Source of the DNA: an uncultured Verrucomicrobiota bacterium
GTDB taxonomy: Bacteria; Verrucomicrobiota; Kiritimatiellia; JAAZAB01
Direction: 5' to 3'
NCBI GenBank assembly: GCA_964617825.1
Contig: CAZTWL010000006.1
Coordinates: 23,315-87,314, forward strand
DNA length: 64,000 nucleotides
In this document: positions 59,665-64,000 of the stretch, in pieces
How positions within the stretch are numbered: position 1 is the first letter of the stretch
How the letters are laid out: each line of letters opens with the position of its first letter
Made by a program: the position numbers and the translations under genes
Notes under the pieces: generated by a model
The model's input: the letters and a program-made list of their open reading frames with translations, nothing else
Told to the model about the DNA's origin: nothing
The model's database searches: none

Positions 59665-60234
59665 TCATTTATACTGGTTGGCAATTTCTTTTGCTTTATT
59701 CACCATATCGTCTTTCGTAACATTTTTGGCCCTTACATAGAAAGACGACACAACCTTGCCGCCTTTTTGCGTTACCTTTTCGGTCATGGTTTTTATGGCC
59801 TTGTCGGGACTACCCCCTCCCAAGGTGACAAAAACAACAACTGACTTGCCTTTGAAGTCTACCTGTTCAATAAACGCATTGAACTCCGGCGTGGGCATGC
59901 TGAACCAGACCGGGCAACCCACAAAAATACGGTCGTAACCGGATAAATCCTTGTTGAAAGGCTTTACCGGCCAGGATTTCCCCTTTATTGATGCCTCTCT
60001 TCCGGCGCCATAGGCCATCTCTTTTGACGGCTTGGTGACATCTTCCAATTTGATTACATCGGCTTTAATCATTTCTGCCAGGGTTTTTGAGACCAGCTCT
60101 GTATTCCCGGACCAGGAATAATATACGATGAGATTTTTCATCGTTGCCTGGTTTTCTTCAGCCTTGGCAGCCATCACGGTAAATAAGCCAATCATAACTG
60201 TCAGCATGACCAATCCGATAATCAGTTTCTTCAT
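59665..60234 (-). CDS. flavodoxin-like protein with signal peptide
   Basis: Likely start MKKLIIGLVMLTVMIG. The LIVYYSWSGNTE flavodoxin phosphate-binding loop is present. GC is about 45%. Confidence 0.55.
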   Translation of the reverse strand: MKKLIIGLVMLTVMIGLFTVMAAKAEENQATMKNLIVYYSWSGNTELVSKTLAEMIKADVIKLEDVTKPSKEMAYGAGREASIKGKSWPVKPFNKDLSGYDRIFVGCPVWFSMPTPEFNAFIEQVDFKGKSVVVFVTLGGGSPDKAIKTMTEKVTQKGGKVVSSFYVRAKNVTKDDMVNKAKEIANQYK

Positions 60235-60298
60235 TTGTTGCCCTTTCATTGTATGTTTCCGAATGTCTTTCGTGTGGTTTCCGGTTGGCAGCATTATT

Positions 60299-60487
60299 TT
60301 ACAACTTTCTTTGGCCTTTAACATGAATTTTAATATTTCGTCGTTTGAATGTCGGACTGTCCAGGTTCTTGTTTTCCGCCACTGTTTCTTCCACATCCTT
60401 GACCCCGAACAATGCCTTTGTCCTGATTAAAGTCTTCAATTCTTCCATCTCACGTTCCAGCTTTGTCAGGCGTTCTTCAATCGTCAT
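60299..60487 (-). CDS. possible small coiled-coil protein
   Basis: 62-aa ORF (MTIEERLTKLEREMEELK...). The only support is the ORF itself. Confidence 0.2.
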   Translation of the reverse strand: MTIEERLTKLEREMEELKTLIRTKALFGVKDVEETVAENKNLDSPTFKRRNIKIHVKGQRKL

Positions 60488-60537
60488 GGCAGTTCCTATT
60501 GTTCCGGCAAGCGCTATCGCCTCAAATCTATTTTCAT

Positions 60538-61188
60538 CTAATCCTGCTTTCTGACAAGCCTTACGCCCATTTCATAAGCTTTTTGACAATCCTTTGGAAA
60601 TATCTCTTTCTTCCTTTTCAACTTCTCGCCAAGATTAAACCGGGACGCAACATACTTCGAATAATCATCAAACTGATAGGTGTCAAAACACAAGAGCCTT
60701 TCGCTTGGTCCAAAGATTCTTGCGAGAAAGCGTTCCGTATTTGCGAAACGCTGCTCATAACCGAATTCTTTCATCAGCCTTTCGGGAAGACCCATGGTAT
60801 AAATAAACCCGGTAGATATTTTCTTGGGAAAAAGAGTCTCGGGAGGATCAGTATATGTCAGGTATGGGAAAACTAACCGCTCGATAAATGACTGCATCTC
60901 CCCGGTAATGCTTCCTAAATATATAGGCGAGCCGAAGATAATGGCATCGGACTCCTCAACTCTCTTAAAGATGGGCTTAAGAGCGTCTTTTATTGCACAT
61001 TTGCCATAGCTCTTGCCGCCTTTTTCCTTGCAGGCAAAACAACTGATGCAGCCTTGATATTTCAAATCATATAGATGGATAAGCTCTGTTGTTGCGCCTT
61101 GCGATGATGCACCTTCGAGGGCTTTTTTAAGCAGGGTTGCCGTGTTCCATTCTTTTCTCGGACTGCCGTTAAATGCGATAATATTCAT
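60538..61188 (-). CDS. flavodoxin-family NADPH-dependent FMN reductase-like protein with CxxC pair
   Basis: The MNIIAFNGSPRKEWNT start and SPIYLGSITG match the flavodoxin-like fold (NADPH-dep FMN reductase). A CISCFAC motif is present. Confidence 0.6.
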   Translation of the reverse strand: MNIIAFNGSPRKEWNTATLLKKALEGASSQGATTELIHLYDLKYQGCISCFACKEKGGKSYGKCAIKDALKPIFKRVEESDAIIFGSPIYLGSITGEMQSFIERLVFPYLTYTDPPETLFPKKISTGFIYTMGLPERLMKEFGYEQRFANTERFLARIFGPSERLLCFDTYQFDDYSKYVASRFNLGEKLKRKKEIFPKDCQKAYEMGVRLVRKQD

Positions 61189-61387
61189 TGGGATACCTCC
61201 TTTACAAATCAGTTTAATATGAGGAACACTTCAGCATATTACATCCTGACTCACGGCCTGTCTTTAGGCCGTTTCCGAAAATCCCATGGCGGCTCCGGGT
61301 TCTTGTCTGCCCAAAGTCCCTTTTACCAGCCTTGGCTTCATCCTAGGCCTCAGCCAACCGCTTGTCATCCGAGTATTTTTTGTAGTG

Positions 61388-61576
61388 TCAGGCAAACCCG
61401 TCCTGGACCATCTCAATATTTATCCCGCGCTCGCCGAGGTAAATATCGCCCAGGATGCGGTTGTAGAGATCCCGTTTAGCCCATTTTATCTCGACCTGCT
61501 GGCCGAATAAAGCCCAAATACAAGTCGCCGTCGTGCAGGGAGAGGAGGATGTCAACACAGTATTGGAGTTTGGCAG
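61388..61576 (-). pseudogene. remnant of a thermonuclease (SNase-like) gene
   Basis: The C-terminal peptide ...KRDLYNRILGDIYLGERGINIEMVQDGFA resembles the SNase C-terminus (...YGRLLAYVY.DG...N.ELV.QGLA). It is preceded by a duplicated leader but lacks the N-terminal two-thirds. Confidence 0.3.
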
Positions 61577-61826
61577 GCACCCGCGAAGTAGAGCATAGCG
61601 CACTTCGGGGTTCAAGGCGGAATCTTTGTTTCTCTCTGAAGGGGAAGAAACATTAAGCCGTCGCCGGTGCGGACGCGGATGTGCGCGAGGGAGGAGAGCG
61701 TCTTGATCTTGGACGCGCCGTAGCCGTGCAGGGGTTTCGCCATAAGTTCCGGTCGGGAAATAAAATAAGCGGTGATATATCAGACGGGGGAAGGCATGCA
61801 AGCGGGGGATTCCCGCCAACGGCCGG

Positions 61827-63152
61827 TCAGGGCTGCCAGTATTTGACGCGGAGAGCGGGAGTGGTTCCCTGCGTTTCCTTGAGCTGGGCGACCGCGGCGG
61901 CCGCGTTGGTGCCGCCGGCGAGCGCCTGAAGCAGCAGGGCCCCTTCCTTTTTGCAGACCGCATTCTGTCGGGGGTAGAAATTCTTGAGGAGGAAGATGGC
62001 GTAGCGGGAGAACCGGAACTCGCCGATCACGTTCTGACGCCCGGAGACGGGATCCACGGCCGCGCAGTTGCGGAGCCGGATGTTTTTGGCGATCGCGGGG
62101 AAGTCCGGCGTTTCGGCGAGCACCAGCGTATAGGCGTTCGACAGCGCGGCGGATGAGTGCGCGTCGGTGTTCCCGATGCTGGCGATCTTCAGCCCCTCCG
62201 CGCGCAGTTCGTGGTACATCAGAATGCCGAGATCGCTGCTGTCGGTGTTCAGGACTTCCAGGGCATCGAATTTGCCGCTGTGGAGGATATAATCGGACTC
62301 GGCGGCCGGGATGTATTGCCGGTAATTGGGCCGCCAGTAGGGGTGGCAGAAGACGGCAAGCCCCCCGCGGGAGCGGATCCTATCCCACATCACGAACGAA
62401 GCCGCGATCGGTGTCTGGATTCTGGCGGGCAGGCTGTCCGGGAGCGCAGCTTTCGCCGCGGCGACGGCTGCTTTGTACTCGTTGGATTGGGTGTTGCACC
62501 AATCCGTCATGCTCTCGGACGCGCCGAGCGAGAGGATGTGGACGTTGTTCCCGGGGCTATGCACCTCCTCGCCGGGGAAGGTTTTCATGTCCGTGGGAAG
62601 CGCGGCGAAGGTCTCGACCGCCGCGACCGAGGCGGTGTAACAGCGGTGGTCCGTCTCGATGGCAAAGTCGAAACCGAGTGTGCGGCAGGTGGCGACCATC
62701 ATGGCCGGCGTTTCGTTCTTGCGGCCGTCCGAGAACTTGCTGTGCATGTGCAGGTTGCCGCGGTACGGCCGGAGCGCGAAATAGTCCGGCGCCAGCGAAT
62801 AGAGCCGGGCGACCCCGAGCAGTCTGGGCTTCTTTTTGGAGCCGGGGAACTTCTGGTTGACGGTCAGAGTCTGCTCGGTTTCCCCGTGGAAGAAGGGGGT
62901 CACGGTCAGGCTGTTGTCGGCGATAGTGGCGGGCACGACCACGCTGTGGGAGGGCTCGCCATCCGCGCAGGTGGAGACGACCTCGAGGACGCTGGTCGCG
63001 GCGAGCGCGGGTTCGTTGGTGAAGACCAGCGTCACGGTCGCTTCCCGATCCGCCCGGACGATCATGGGATAGTAGTCGGCGAGTTCAGCCCGGGCCGAGA
63101 GCGCGGCCAGGGCGAAGAGAACGTAGAAACAGTACTGTAGTTTAGAATGCAT
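61827..63152 (-). CDS. secreted PHP-domain metallohydrolase (CehA/McbA-like), paralogue of 25057-26988
   Basis: Likely start at 63152 (MHSKLQYCFYVLFALAALSARAE, a signal peptide); the ORF extends to 63236. A PHP HMHSKFSDG motif is present. Confidence 0.55.
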   Translation of the reverse strand: MHSKLQYCFYVLFALAALSARAELADYYPMIVRADREATVTLVFTNEPALAATSVLEVVSTCADGEPSHSVVVPATIADNSLTVTPFFHGETEQTLTVNQKFPGSKKKPRLLGVARLYSLAPDYFALRPYRGNLHMHSKFSDGRKNETPAMMVATCRTLGFDFAIETDHRCYTASVAAVETFAALPTDMKTFPGEEVHSPGNNVHILSLGASESMTDWCNTQSNEYKAAVAAAKAALPDSLPARIQTPIAASFVMWDRIRSRGGLAVFCHPYWRPNYRQYIPAAESDYILHSGKFDALEVLNTDSSDLGILMYHELRAEGLKIASIGNTDAHSSAALSNAYTLVLAETPDFPAIAKNIRLRNCAAVDPVSGRQNVIGEFRFSRYAIFLLKNFYPRQNAVCKKEGALLLQALAGGTNAAAAVAQLKETQGTTPALRVKYWQP

Positions 63153-63505
63153 CCCGCGGAGTAAAGCATAGCACACTTCGGGGTTCAAGACGGAAAATGG
63201 AACCCTTGATTCTCGCTGAAGGGGAAGAAACATCAAGGGGAATGAAGTAGAACCAAGTTCATTTCATTTTAGTATGGGCGCGTTGTAAATGGGGTGCAAG
63301 TCCCCTGTAGGAGGATCGCACGCGGGTAATTCGTGAAACACTGCTACCCGAAGCCAACGTCATAAGGATAACCGAACAACGGGAGAAAGGTTAGATGAAA
63401 CCCGCGGTCGACCTTTCGAATTGCGAACAACCATCTTTTTGTTACATTGCATCTAAAGGGTATGCACAAAGAGCAAAGAGTTGAATTATTTATATCTCCA
63501 ATCTC

Positions 63506-64000
63506 ATGTTTCACAATGCCAAAAAGGCCGCCATTTTCGCAATCCTGCTCCTGGCCCTGGCGGGAATAGTTTCGGCGCGGATGTTTGAATCGTTCGAAGT
63601 CAATGTGCCCCCGCCAGGCTGGATCAAAACCAACCTTCTGTGCGGCTCGGGCTGGTACCAGCTTCCGTCCGGGTGTATGCCGATGCCCGGCTGGGGCAAC
63701 GGCACCAGCAGCGTGCCGCCCGTGGCAGGCGCGGGGAGTCATGACGCCTACTGTTCATGGACTACCGGCGGCGGCGCCGGCGAGGGCTATCACAACGACC
63801 AGTGGCTGATTTCGCCCCGCCTTACGGGGCTGACGTCCACCTCCACGGTGAGCTACTGGACGCGGTTCATGTTCACGAACTTCCCGGATACGCTGTATGT
63901 TTGCATCTCCACCAACACCGCCAAACCCAGCGATTTCACCTTTGTAATCCAAACCAACATCTGGACTAGGGGCGGGCAAATCGGGCAATTCGGTCCCTGG
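63506..64000 (+). CDS. secreted hypothetical protein, 3'-truncated by window end
   Basis: ATG at 63506 with signal peptide MFHNAKKAAIFAILLLALAGIVSA. The frame is open through the end of the window. It is absent from the ORF track because it is incomplete. Confidence 0.4.
   Translation, partial: MFHNAKKAAIFAILLLALAGIVSARMFESFEVNVPPPGWIKTNLLCGSGWYQLPSGCMPMPGWGNGTSSVPPVAGAGSHDAYCSWTTGGGAGEGYHNDQWLISPRLTGLTSTSTVSYWTRFMFTNFPDTLYVCISTNTAKPSDFTFVIQTNIWTRGGQIGQFGPW

Noticed and set aside
1-64000. Many long ORFs on the opposite strand or in alternative frames of real genes (e.g. 1494-2360-, 2533-3561-, 4689-5255+, 20632-21978+, 22951-23925+, 35742-36314+, 38101-38949-, 39532-41490-, 44683-45840-, 46279-47259-, 62157-63140+)
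   Set aside because: These are typical spurious antisense or out-of-frame ORFs in high-GC DNA. Each overlaps a gene with clear domain motifs, and they have Arg/Ala/Pro-rich low-complexity translations.

Overview
The window is 64 kb of high-GC (about 60-65%) bacterial chromosome. The genes are mostly for secreted or cell-envelope proteins (RCC1/FG-GAP repeat protein, Trp-rich tandem-repeat protein, MltF, PHP-type hydrolases, GH20-like and esterase enzymes), so the organism looks like a Verrucomicrobia/Planctomycetes/Lentisphaerae-type lineage. I cannot assign it further. About 50 protein genes are supportable. No rRNA, tRNA or CRISPR array is visible.

The main points:
- **Intergenic repeats.** At least six copies of a roughly 190-bp MITE-like repeat with terminal inverted repeats, in two subfamilies, sit exactly at gene boundaries. 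Their termini often supply the start or stop codon of the flanking gene.
- **Candidate defence island (about 43.85-61.2 kb).** The region has lower GC and lies just downstream of a TetR regulator. It opens with a small Xis/AlpA-like HTH gene. It encodes a PLD(HKD)-SNF2 helicase fusion, a 112-aa unknown protein, a 1,108-aa Eco57I/DrmMI-like N6-adenine methyltransferase, an HNH endonuclease translationally coupled to it, and a DprA/SLOG-like protein. Convergent to these is a DUF2779-like PD-(D/E)xK nuclease. A BrxR-like WYL regulator lies nearby, and a conserved palindromic motif (GGAC-N7-GTCC) occurs in two divergent promoters. The combination resembles a DISARM class-1-like system without DrmA/DrmB, or an unusual RM-like system. 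I think this is the most likely undescribed system in the window.
- **Other notable items.** An ABC-uptake operon contains a triple substrate-binding-protein fusion plus a STAS-domain protein. A 132-bp-periodic Trp-rich repeat protein is present. Two secreted PHP-hydrolase genes occur, one flanked by a duplicated leader and followed by a thermonuclease remnant.
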